In this document: in pieces, positions 15,638-24,192 of the stretch
Layout: each line of letters opens with the position of its first letter
How positions within the stretch are numbered: the first letter of the stretch is position 1
NCBI GenBank assembly: GCA_002779425.1
Contig: PEWP01000013.1
Span: forward strand, 1-28,588
Source: a bacterium (Candidatus Gribaldobacteria) CG07_land_8_20_14_0_80_33_18
GTDB lineage: Bacteria; Patescibacteriota; Minisyncoccia; Minisyncoccales; CG1-02-41-26
Direction of reading: 5' to 3'
DNA length: 28,588 nt
The notes under the pieces: model-generated
Told to the model about the DNA's origin: nothing
The model's input: only the letters and a program-made list of their open reading frames with translations
Databases searched by the model: none
Program-made: the position numbers and the translations under genes

Positions 15638-17290
15638 ATGTTCAATCGCGTTTTAAATTCAAAAGCGAAAAATATTACTTTTGCTGCTCTAATTCTTGCT
15701 GTCTCCGCTTTAATTAGTCAGCTTTTAGGATTTCTTCGCGATAATCTTTTAGCTAATTTGGTCCCAAGAGTTCAAACTGATATTTATTTTGCTGCTTTTC
15801 GAATTCCTGATCTGGTTTATGGAATTCTTATTACCGGTGGCGTTGTCGCTGCTTTTTTACCAGTTTTTGCTCAATATTTTAAACAAGGCCAAAATGAAGC
15901 AAAGAATTTAACCAATAATGTTTTAACCTTTTTTTTAATTGCTTTAGTTGTTATTTGTTCTTTTTTAGCAATTTTTACTCCCTATCTTATTAAATTTATT
16001 GTTCCCGGATTTTCAGGAGAACAAAAAAATTTAACCATTGTTTTAACTCGGATAATGTTTTTAAGCCCAATTCTCTTAGGCCTTTCTTCAATTTTCTCTT
16101 CTATTTTGCATTATTTTAATTTATTTATTGCTTATTCTTTAGCCCCTCTTTTTTATAATTTAGGCATTATTTTTGGTATTTTATTTTTTTATCCCTATTT
16201 TGGACTTTCCGGTTTAGCTTATGGAATTATTCTCGGCGCCTTAGCTCATTTGTTGATTCAAATTCCTTTTGCAATAAAAATGGGGTTTAGACCAACTTTT
16301 TCTTTTAATTTCAAACATCCTGGACTAATAAAGATATTTAAACTAATGCTTCCCCGAACTGTTGGTTCTATTGCCACCCATTTGAATTTAATTGTTATTA
16401 CTGCCATTGCTTCCGGCTTATCACTTGGTTCTATTACTATTTTTAATTTTTCTAATAATTTAGCCAGTGTACCAATTAGTTTAATCGGTATTTCTTTTGC
16501 TACTGCTGCTTTTCCAGCTCTTTCTCGAGATTTTCTCGAAGAAAAAGAAAAATTTTTTAAAAAAATTTCATCGGTTTTTTCTCAACTTCTTTATTTAATT
16601 ATCCCTTTGAGTGTTTTAATCTATTTACTTCGGGCTCAGCTCGTCAGAATAATTTTAGGAACGGCAATTTTAAAAAACGGCGGTTTTGGCTGGCAGGAAA
16701 CGCGGTTAACTGCTGCTGCTATTGGAATTTTTTGTTTTTCTCTTTTTGCTTCAACCTTTATTCCCTATTTAGTTCGGGTCTTTTTTTCTTTTCAAAACAC
16801 CAAAACACCGGTTAAGATTGCTCTTCTTTCAATACTTTTAAATATAATTTTGTGCTATTTTTTTGTTTGGTCTTTGAGTTTTAATAATTTTTTTCAAAAG
16901 GGGCTCATAAATTTTTTAAAACTTAAAGGAATTTCCAATATCTCAGTGTTAGGTTTGCCGTTAGCTTTTTCTATTTCATCTATTTTTCAATTTTTTCTTT
17001 TATTTTTTTTCTTAAAAAGAAAAATCTCAGGTCTCAGTTATAAAGATATTCATCAAACTTTTCTGAAAATTTTAATTTCAACTTTTATAATGGCAGTTAT
17101 TGTTTTTCTTACTCTGCAAATTTATTCATTATTTGGCACTACGAGAACCGTTATTGGAATTTTCTTTCAAACAATTTTAGCGGGGCTGACTGGCATTTTC
17201 TTTTATCTTTTTCTCTCTTTTATCTTACAATGCCCTGAACCAAAAATTATTTGGTCGTCAATTTTATCGCAATTTAAAAAACCCCAGTAG
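15638..17290 (+). CDS. murJ: Lipid II flippase MurJ (MviN)
   Basis: LLGFLRDNLLA, YFAAFRIPDLVY, AFLPVF, APLFYNLGII and FATAAFPALS; multi-pass membrane protein. Confidence 0.93.
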   Translation: MFNRVLNSKAKNITFAALILAVSALISQLLGFLRDNLLANLVPRVQTDIYFAAFRIPDLVYGILITGGVVAAFLPVFAQYFKQGQNEAKNLTNNVLTFFLIALVVICSFLAIFTPYLIKFIVPGFSGEQKNLTIVLTRIMFLSPILLGLSSIFSSILHYFNLFIAYSLAPLFYNLGIIFGILFFYPYFGLSGLAYGIILGALAHLLIQIPFAIKMGFRPTFSFNFKHPGLIKIFKLMLPRTVGSIATHLNLIVITAIASGLSLGSITIFNFSNNLASVPISLIGISFATAAFPALSRDFLEEKEKFFKKISSVFSQLLYLIIPLSVLIYLLRAQLVRIILGTAILKNGGFGWQETRLTAAAIGIFCFSLFASTFIPYLVRVFFSFQNTKTPVKIALLSILLNIILCYFFVWSLSFNNFFQKGLINFLKLKGISNISVLGLPLAFSISSIFQFFLLFFFLKRKISGLSYKDIHQTFLKILISTFIMAVIVFLTLQIYSLFGTTRTVIGIFFQTILAGLTGIFFYLFLSFILQCPEPKIIWSSILSQFKKPQ

Positions 17291-17319
17291 TAGAACCTGC
17301 GGGTTCACTACGGGGCAGG
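17282..17319. repeat. Palindromic element overlapping the murJ stop codon
   Basis: CCCCAGTAGTAGAACCTGCGGGTTCACTACGGGG-CAGG; the 3' end CTACGGGGCAGGTAAA is identical to that of the prfB insertion. Confidence 0.85.
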
Positions 17320-17326
17320 TAAAATT

Positions 17327-19153
17327 ATGGAAACATCACAAGTTCGCAATTTTTGCATCATTAGCCATGTGGACCATGGGAAATCAACTTTGGCAGATAG
17401 ATTTTTAGAATTGACAAACACAATCCCCAAAGAAAAAATGAAACCCCAGTATCTTGATTCAATGGGTTTGGAGCGAGAAAAGGGGATTACGATAAAAATG
17501 CACCCCTGCCGGATGGACTACTCTTTACAAACTACTCACTACATACTGAACCTGATAGATACCCCGGGTCATATCGATTTTAGCTATGAAATATCAAGAG
17601 CTCTGGCAGCTGCTGAAGGGGCAATTTTACTTGTTGATGCAACTTCTGGCATTCAAGCTCAAACTCTTTTTAATTTAGAAATGGCTCAAAGACAAAATTT
17701 AAAAATTATTGGCGCGGTAAACAAAATTGATTCAAAAGAAGCAAAGATTGAAGAAACAAAAAAAGATTTGAGTTTTCTATTAAAAGTACCCCCGGAAGAA
17801 ATTTTTTTGATTTCTGCTAAAGAAGGAACAAACATTTTACAGTTATTAGAAGCAGTAATTGAAAAAATTCCGCCACCCAAGATTGAAACTCAAAGAGCTG
17901 ATAGGAGTGGTTCTTATTTTCGCGCTTTGATTTTTGATTCAAAATACGACCCCTTTTATGGGGTAATTGCTTATGTAAGAGTTTTTGACGGTGAGATTAA
18001 AAAAGGAGAGAAAATTTATTTAATGGCAACTGATATTTTTAGCGAAGCAAAAGAAGTTGGTTATTTTGTCCCAGAATTAAAAAACGCAGAAGTTCTAAAA
18101 ACAGGAGATATTGGTTATATAAAAACCGGAATTAAAAATCCCAATAAAGTTAAAGTAGGGGATACAATTTGCCAAATGCCAAATGCCAAATTCCAAATTC
18201 CAAAAATCGAAGCGTTACCGGGTTATAAAGAACCGCAGCCAGTTTTATTTTTAAGTTTATATCCGCAAAATCCTGAAAATTTTTTAAATTTGAAAGGTGG
18301 TTTAGAAAAATTAAAATTAAACGATCCGGCTCTTCATTTTGAACTAGAATCCAAAAAAATTTTAGGTCAGGGATTTCGTTGTGGATTTTTAGGCTCTCTT
18401 CATGCCGAAATTGTTCTCCGGCGCTTAAAAGAAGATTATGATTTAGATTTAATTACTACTTCACCGGCAGTAATTTTCAAGATTTTAACTGAAAAGGGGA
18501 AAGAAAATTTTATTTCTTCAGCTTCAGATTTTCCAAGAAGTTCGGAGATTAAAGAAATAAAAGAACCCTGGATAAAACTTAAAATTATCACTCCTCTTTC
18601 TTATTTTAATTCCATTTTTAAAATTTTAAAAAATTTTAAAGCAAAACTTACAGAAACTAACTCATTTAGTTTTAATAAACTTATTTTAATTGCTGAAGCG
18701 CCTTTAAAACAAATTGAAACTCATAATTTTTATGACAAACTTAAAAGCGCCACTTCCGGTTATGCCTCGTTTAGCTTTGAAAATATTGGTTTTAGACCAG
18801 CCGATGTGGTAAAACTCGATATTCTTATTGCTAAAGAAAAAGAAGAAGCCTTTTCCAGAATTGTTGACCGAGATGAAGCGTATAATGAAGGAAAAACAAT
18901 AGTTTCAAAGCTTAAGGAAGTTTTACCACCCGAACAATTTGAAGTTCCACTTCAGGCAGCAATAGAAGAAAAAGTGGTTGCCAGAGAAACAATTGAAGCA
19001 AAAAGAAAGGATGTAACCGCGCCTTTATATGGCGGCGATGTTACCAGAAAAAGAAAACTCTTAGAAATCCAAAAAAAAGGAAAGAGAGAGTTAAAAAAAA
19101 GAGGCAGGGTTAGAATTCCTTTTCAGACCTATTTAGAAATGCTTAAAAGCTAA
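17327..19153 (+). CDS. lepA: Elongation factor 4 (LepA)
   Basis: RNFCIISHVDHGKSTLADR, LEREKGITIK, LIDTPGHIDF, NKID, GFRCGFLG and RKDVTAPLYGGDVTRKRKLL. Confidence 0.97.
   Translation: METSQVRNFCIISHVDHGKSTLADRFLELTNTIPKEKMKPQYLDSMGLEREKGITIKMHPCRMDYSLQTTHYILNLIDTPGHIDFSYEISRALAAAEGAILLVDATSGIQAQTLFNLEMAQRQNLKIIGAVNKIDSKEAKIEETKKDLSFLLKVPPEEIFLISAKEGTNILQLLEAVIEKIPPPKIETQRADRSGSYFRALIFDSKYDPFYGVIAYVRVFDGEIKKGEKIYLMATDIFSEAKEVGYFVPELKNAEVLKTGDIGYIKTGIKNPNKVKVGDTICQMPNAKFQIPKIEALPGYKEPQPVLFLSLYPQNPENFLNLKGGLEKLKLNDPALHFELESKKILGQGFRCGFLGSLHAEIVLRRLKEDYDLDLITTSPAVIFKILTEKGKENFISSASDFPRSSEIKEIKEPWIKLKIITPLSYFNSIFKILKNFKAKLTETNSFSFNKLILIAEAPLKQIETHNFYDKLKSATSGYASFSFENIGFRPADVVKLDILIAKEKEEAFSRIVDRDEAYNEGKTIVSKLKEVLPPEQFEVPLQAAIEEKVVARETIEAKRKDVTAPLYGGDVTRKRKLLEIQKKGKRELKKRGRVRIPFQTYLEMLKS
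17518..17547 (+). repeat. Degenerate heptamer array in lepA
   Basis: CTACTCT TTACAAA CTACTCA CTACATA (encodes YSLQTTHYIL). Confidence 0.55.
18170..18204 (+). repeat. Heptamer array in lepA
   Basis: TGCCAAA x3 then TTCCAAA x2 (encodes CQMPNAKFQIPK). Confidence 0.9.
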
Positions 19154-19155
19154 GG

Positions 19156-19243
19156 TTGACCCCGTTAGAAGTTTCCGAGAGACAATGTTTAAATAAAATT
19201 ATTTAGTAATATCTTTAATTATTGGGACTTCTAACGGGGTTGA
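19156..19243. repeat. MITE-like inverted-repeat element
   Basis: TTGA[CCCCGTTAGAAGT ... ACTTCTAACGGGG]TTGA: 13-bp perfect terminal inverted repeats around an AT-rich core. Confidence 0.8.
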
Positions 19244-19268
19244 AAAATGCCAAGTTTAATGATATATT
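19240..19268 (+). promoter_or_regulatory. Possible promoter at the right edge of the element
   Basis: TTGAAA 19240-19245, 17-nt spacer, TATATT 19263-19268. Confidence 0.5.
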
Positions 19269-19339
19269 AAAAAGAGCTGAAAATAAGGACCTGCCTTGCT
19301 AACAGTCGGCAGAACCTTGATTTCTCGCTTCGCTCGAAA

Positions 19340-19702
19340 ATGGAAAAAGCTAAAAAACCTTTAATTTTACTTGCTTTAATTCTAATATTTTTTACTGTTT
19401 TTTTAGCTATTTCTAATTTTAAAATAAATCAAAAGAAAACTGAACTTGATTCCGAACTCCAATCTTTAGAAAATAAAGCTAAAGAATTAGAACAAAAAAA
19501 GAACTTATTAGAGTCGCAAATTTCCCAATCTCAAAATCAAGAATATTTAGAAGAAGTAGCGAGAGAGCAACTTAATTTACAAAAAGAAGGAGAGAAAGTA
19601 GTAGCTTTTCCAATTTCAGAAAACCAAGAAGAAACTAAAGAAAATAAACCGGAAAAACAAACTTTTTGGCAGAAAATTAAAGTTTTTTTCGGAATAAAAT
19701 AA
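19340..19702 (+). CDS. Septum formation initiator (FtsB/DivIC-like)
   Basis: One N-terminal TM helix, a coiled coil, then YLEEVAREQLNLQKEGEKV. Confidence 0.85.
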   Translation: MEKAKKPLILLALILIFFTVFLAISNFKINQKKTELDSELQSLENKAKELEQKKNLLESQISQSQNQEYLEEVAREQLNLQKEGEKVVAFPISENQEETKENKPEKQTFWQKIKVFFGIK

Positions 19703-19709
19703 GCGGCAG

Positions 19710-19780
19710 GCGAGTGTAGTATAATGGTAGTACGTGACCTTCCCAAGGTTAAAGCGAGGGTTCGATCCCCTTCACTCGCT
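19710..19780 (+). tRNA. tRNA-Gly(CCC)
   Basis: Acceptor GCGAGTG/CACTCGC; anticodon arm TGACC-TTCCCAA-GGTTA; T-loop GTTCGAT; no encoded CCA. Confidence 0.93.
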
Positions 19781-19813
19781 CTGAAAGGGTGGGAGACCAA
19801 TTGAGTAAAATCT

Positions 19814-19885
19814 GCCGGGGTAACTCAGTGGTAGAGTAGCTGTTTCGTAAACAGCAAGTCGCGAGTTCGAATCTCGCCTCCGGCT
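19814..19885 (+). tRNA. tRNA-Thr(CGT)
   Basis: Acceptor GCCGGGG/CTCCGGC; anticodon arm GCTGT-TTCGTAA-ACAGC; T-loop GTTCGAAT; no encoded CCA. Confidence 0.93.
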
Positions 19886-19892
19886 AAAAAAT

Positions 19893-21048
19893 ATGAGAGA
19901 AATTGAACAACAAATTAAAGATTTAGAAAGTAAACTCCATCATCTGATGGACTGTCTTTGACCTTGAAAAGAAAAAAGAGGAAATAAAAACTTTGGAAAA
20001 GGAAATTACAAAACCGGATTTTTGGCAACACCCCGAAGGACCCCGCCAAGGCGGGGCCTACGGGGCAGGTAAAGAAAAAGCCATAAAAATTAGTCAAAAA
20101 CTAAAGAATCTACAGGAAGAAATAGAAAAGTTCGATAAATTACAAAAAGAATTAAGCGATTTAAAAGAATTATTGTCTTTAATCAAAGAAGGTTCCGGCG
20201 AGGAGGAAGAAATTAAAGAAAAAATAAAAGAAGTTAGTTTAAAAATAAAGGAAAAAGAACAGGAAGCTTTTCTTTCAGGGAAATATGATAAAGAAGGAAC
20301 AATTTTAACTATTCAAGCTGGCGCTGGCGGAAGAGAAGCAGAGGATTGGGTGGCAATGCTTTTGCGAATGTATCAAAAATATTGTCAAAGGCAACGATTT
20401 AAAACTAGAATTATAGACCAGAGTTTTGGTGAAGCGGGCGGTCCGGAAGGAAGAATTGGTATCAAAGAAATAACAATGGAAATTAAAGGAAATTTTGCTT
20501 TTGGATTTTTAAAAAAAGAGGGAGGAATTCACCGGTTGGTTAGAATTTCACCTTTTTCCAGCCAAGACCTTCGTCATACCTCATTTGCCAAGGTTGAAGT
20601 TATTCCGTTCATCCCGGCTGCTGATACGTCGGAAATAAAAATAAAACCAGAGGAATTAAAAATTGAAACATTTTGCGCTTCGGGTCCGGGGGGGCAGTAT
20701 GTGAATCGAAGAGAGACAGCAGTGCGAATTGTTCATTTACCAACCGGAATTGTCGCTAAGTCTCAAGCAGAAAGATTACAGGGAACAAATCGCGAGCGAG
20801 CAATGGAAATTTTAATGGCAAAACTTTATCAATTTTATCAAGAGCAAAAAGAGAAGGAGCTTCAAAAAATTAAAGGTAAAAAAATTTCTCCTTCTTGGGG
20901 AAACCAACGCCGCTCTTATGTGCTTTATCCTTATAAATTAGTTAAAGATTATCAAACAAAAGTTGAAACTTCTAATATAGAAGGAGTGTTAGACGGCGAT
21001 ATTAATCAATTTATTGAAGCAGAAATAATAAAAACAAAAAATGATTAA
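19893..21048 (+). CDS. prfB: Peptide chain release factor 2 with programmed +1 frameshift
   Basis: ATG 19893 reads MREIEQQIKDLESKLHHLMDCL to CTT TGA C at 19956-19962; the +1 frame continues DLEKKKEE. SPF motif (RISPFS) and GPGGQ are present. Confidence 0.96.
20031..20069. repeat. 39-nt in-frame palindromic insertion in prfB
   Basis: CCCCGAAGGACCCCGCCAAGGCGGGGCCTACGGGGCAGG with stems CCCCG/CGGGG and CCCCGCC/GGCGGGG. Confidence 0.9.
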
Positions 21049-21733
21049 ATTTAAAAATGTAACGAAAATTTATTGTTCTGTGAATTCAGAACAAATTACT
21101 GCTTTAGAAAATGTGTCTTTTGACATTCAACCAAAAGAGTTTGTTTCTATTGTTGGAAAATCCGGAGCGGGAAAGACAACCTTGATAAAACTTTTAATGG
21201 GAGAGGAGAAATTAACGAGCGGAGAAATTTTTTTTGATGGAATAAATGTTTCAAAAATAAAACCAAAGGAACTTCAAGAACTTCGTCGGAGAATAGGAGT
21301 AGTTTTTCAGGATTACAAACTTCTCCCTACTAAAACAGTTTATGAAAATGTCAGTTATGTGATGCAAGTAATTGGAACAAGCGATATTGATATAAAAAGA
21401 GATATACCCCAAGTGTTAGAAATGGTTGGCTTAGACCAGCGCGCTTTTAATTTTCCGTGTGAGCTTTCGGGCGGTGAACAACAAAGATTAGCGATTGCCC
21501 GAGCTTTAATTCACCGGCCAGAGGTAATTATTGCCGATGAGCCAACTGGCAATTTAGATGTTTATAACACCTTTGAAATTGTTAATCTTTTAAAGAAAAT
21601 TCATAATTTTGGGACAACAATAATTTTAGCGACCCATGATAAAACAATTGTTGACAGTTTAAAAAAGCGAGTCATTGCTTTAAATGAAGGGAAATTAATT
21701 CGCGATGACCATAATGGCAATTTCATTTTTTGA
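21041..21733 (+). CDS. ftsE: Cell division ABC ATPase FtsE
   Basis: GKSGAGKT, VVFQDYKLL, LSGGEQQR and IADEPTGNLD; upstream of ftsX. Confidence 0.93.
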   Translation: MIKFKNVTKIYCSVNSEQITALENVSFDIQPKEFVSIVGKSGAGKTTLIKLLMGEEKLTSGEIFFDGINVSKIKPKELQELRRRIGVVFQDYKLLPTKTVYENVSYVMQVIGTSDIDIKRDIPQVLEMVGLDQRAFNFPCELSGGEQQRLAIARALIHRPEVIIADEPTGNLDVYNTFEIVNLLKKIHNFGTTIILATHDKTIVDSLKKRVIALNEGKLIRDDHNGNFIF

Positions 21734-21735
21734 GT

Positions 21736-22659
21736 ATGTTTTCTAATTTTATTACTAATTTAAAAAGAATAATTTTTTTTGGTTGGCAAAGTTTATCTCG
21801 TAATAAAGGATTATCTTTCGGAGTAATTTTTATTATGAGCGTAGCTGTTCTTTTAATAACTTCGCTTTTTCTATTTCAGGGTTTTAGTGAATTTTTAATT
21901 AGCGAAGCCCAAAAAAAAGTTGATATTTCTGTCTATTTTAAAAAAAATATTACCCCTGAGAAAATTTTTGCAGTAGAAAGCGACCTCCGCCAAACATTTC
22001 CTAAAGTAGAAAATATTGAATATATTTCTCAAGAGAAAGCTCTTGAAATATTTAAAGAAAAACATAAAGATGATACTCTGTATCTCGATGCCCTAAAAGA
22101 GGTAGGAGATAATCCTTTTTTAGCATCATTAAATATAAAAACAAACGATCCCAATATCTACTCCCAGATTTCTAATTTTTTAGGAAGAGAGCCAACTGAA
22201 GATTTAATAGAAAAGGTTTCTTATTATCAAAATAAAAAAGTAATTGATAAATTATTTTCTTTTACCAATAATATGAAAAAGGGAGGAATTGTTTTAAGTG
22301 TTATTTTAGCTCTTTTAATTGCTTTAATAACTTTCAATACCGTGAAATTAACTATTGGCAGCTTTAAAGAAGAGATTTCAACGATGCGGTTGGTTGGCGC
22401 CTCAAATTGGTTTATCCGCGGCCCATTTTTGATTCAGGGGCTGCTTTATGGAATTATTTCTGTTTTAATTGTTGATATAGTTCTTTTTTCAGTTCTTTAT
22501 TTTTTAAATCCAAAATTGGGAAATTGGTTTTTAGATTTCAATCTTTTAAATTATTTTAAAACTAATTTCTTTTTATTAGTTTCAGTTCAATTTATTTTTT
22601 CTGTTATTTTGGGAGTATTTTCTTCTTTTATTGCTGTTCACCGATATTTAAAAATATGA
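21736..22659 (+). CDS. ftsX: Cell division permease FtsX
   Basis: Four-TM layout with VDISVYFK, NTVKLTI, EISTMRLVGASNWFIRGPF and HRYLK; ATG at 21736. Confidence 0.93.
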   Translation: MFSNFITNLKRIIFFGWQSLSRNKGLSFGVIFIMSVAVLLITSLFLFQGFSEFLISEAQKKVDISVYFKKNITPEKIFAVESDLRQTFPKVENIEYISQEKALEIFKEKHKDDTLYLDALKEVGDNPFLASLNIKTNDPNIYSQISNFLGREPTEDLIEKVSYYQNKKVIDKLFSFTNNMKKGGIVLSVILALLIALITFNTVKLTIGSFKEEISTMRLVGASNWFIRGPFLIQGLLYGIISVLIVDIVLFSVLYFLNPKLGNWFLDFNLLNYFKTNFFLLVSVQFIFSVILGVFSSFIAVHRYLKI

Positions 22660-22729
22660 TTCCCATCTTCGATGGGTCCCTGTATTTTCTATTTATATGA
22701 ATTTACTATTGTATAGAAAATAATAAAAT

Positions 22730-22803
22730 TGCGGGGTGATGTAACGGTAGCATGCGAACCTCTGGAGTTCGTCATCTTGGTTCGAATCCAAGCCCCGCAG
22801 CCA
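22730..22803 (+). tRNA. tRNA-Gln(CTG)
   Basis: Acceptor TGCGGGG/CCCCGCA; anticodon arm CGAAC-CTCTGGA-GTTCG; T-loop GTTCGAAT; CCA encoded at 22801-22803. Confidence 0.93.
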
Positions 22804-22807
22804 ACCT

Positions 22808-23608
22808 ATGATTTATAATATTAATGCTTATTATTTAGCTCGGGGAATCAATTTGAATAAAATAGAAAAGAAAAGAGGGGGCATTTGGAGGCTTCAAACA
22901 AAAACCAGAACCTGTCTGGTTTTTGAAGTTGAACCAGAACGTCCCATTTTTCTTTATTTTTTTGGTGTAGTAATTTTTATTAATCTTGAGAAAAAAACAG
23001 AGAGAAAAATAATTAAGAGCATAGAGAAATTTTTAATTAATCCGGTGCCAGAAAATGAAATTCCCAGCGAAGAATACAAAGTTGTAGAAGATGAAAATCT
23101 TATAAAAGATACAGTTGAATTTGAACAAGTGAAAATTAAAAAATTTGACCTGAATAGAAGAGAAATTATTGCTAACATTTTAGCTCAATCGGTTGCTATT
23201 GATTATTTCGAAAATTTAATTGACCAAATTTCGTTAAAATTTGAAGAAATAAACTCTGTTTTGGAAAAAAGAGGAAATTTAAAAATAAAAGGCAGGCAGG
23301 TCATAAAATTAATTGGTTTTAATAATACTATTCTTAGTTTTATTCTTTCTAAATTATCTCTTCTTGATAAACCCGATATTTTATGGGAAAGAGAAGATTT
23401 AGAATCGCTTTTTAAAAATTTGCGTTCAATGTTTGAGTTAGACGATAGATTTAAAAATTTAGAGATAAAAATTAATTTTATTCAAGAAAATTCAAAACTT
23501 ATGTTACAAACCTTAAACAATCGCCGAGCAGAAATGCTTGAATTAACTATTATTGTTTTGATTTTAATTGAAGTAATTTTGTTTATTTACGAGATATTTC
23601 TAAAATGA
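22808..23608 (+). CDS. RMD1/YagE (DUF155) family protein
   Basis: LYFFGVVIF, LAQSVAIDYFE, LLDKPDILWE, FELDDRF and C-terminal LELTIIVLILIEV. Confidence 0.8.
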   Translation: MIYNINAYYLARGINLNKIEKKRGGIWRLQTKTRTCLVFEVEPERPIFLYFFGVVIFINLEKKTERKIIKSIEKFLINPVPENEIPSEEYKVVEDENLIKDTVEFEQVKIKKFDLNRREIIANILAQSVAIDYFENLIDQISLKFEEINSVLEKRGNLKIKGRQVIKLIGFNNTILSFILSKLSLLDKPDILWEREDLESLFKNLRSMFELDDRFKNLEIKINFIQENSKLMLQTLNNRRAEMLELTIIVLILIEVILFIYEIFLK

Positions 23609-24192
23609 ATCAAATAGAATTTCTCCAGAAAAATAAATTTACCCGAAAGATTATTTATAAATTGGGGCGAAGCAGAACAAAGAAGATGGTTAAAAATATC
23701 GAGAAGTATTTTAATAAAACAGATAAAATATTGGATATTGGAAGCGGTATTTGTAATATTTGTGAAATCTTAAAAGAAGAGAATTTTAACGTCACTCCCT
23801 TAGATATTAAAAATTTGAGTTTTGTTGATAATATAGAACCGATTATTTATAATGGAGATAAAATTCCATTTAATGATAATGAATTCGATGTAGCTTTAAT
23901 TTCAACTGTTTTACATCATTGTAGAAAACCAGAAGAAATCATTAAAGAAGCAAAACGTGTTTCCAAAAGAATAGTAATCATTGAAGATATTTATCTAAAT
24001 GAGATTCATAAGCACCTAACTTATTTTTTTGATAGTTTAATTAATTTAGAATTTACCGGACATCCTCATACCAACAAAACCAATGAAGGATGGCAGGCAT
24101 TATTTAAAAAATTAAATTTAAAATTAAAAGATGTAAAATATGCTAATAGCTATTTAGTATTTAAACAAGCTATGTATTATCTTGAAAAATGA
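23605..24192 (+). CDS. Class I SAM-dependent methyltransferase
   Basis: ILDIGSG, IPFNDNEFDV and VLHH...EAKRV. Confidence 0.85.
   Translation: MNQIEFLQKNKFTRKIIYKLGRSRTKKMVKNIEKYFNKTDKILDIGSGICNICEILKEENFNVTPLDIKNLSFVDNIEPIIYNGDKIPFNDNEFDVALISTVLHHCRKPEEIIKEAKRVSKRIVIIEDIYLNEIHKHLTYFFDSLINLEFTGHPHTNKTNEGWQALFKKLNLKLKDVKYANSYLVFKQAMYYLEK

Noticed and set aside
19710-22803. Prophage or genomic island integration at the tRNAs
   Set aside because: No integrase and no duplicated tRNA 3' ends in the window.
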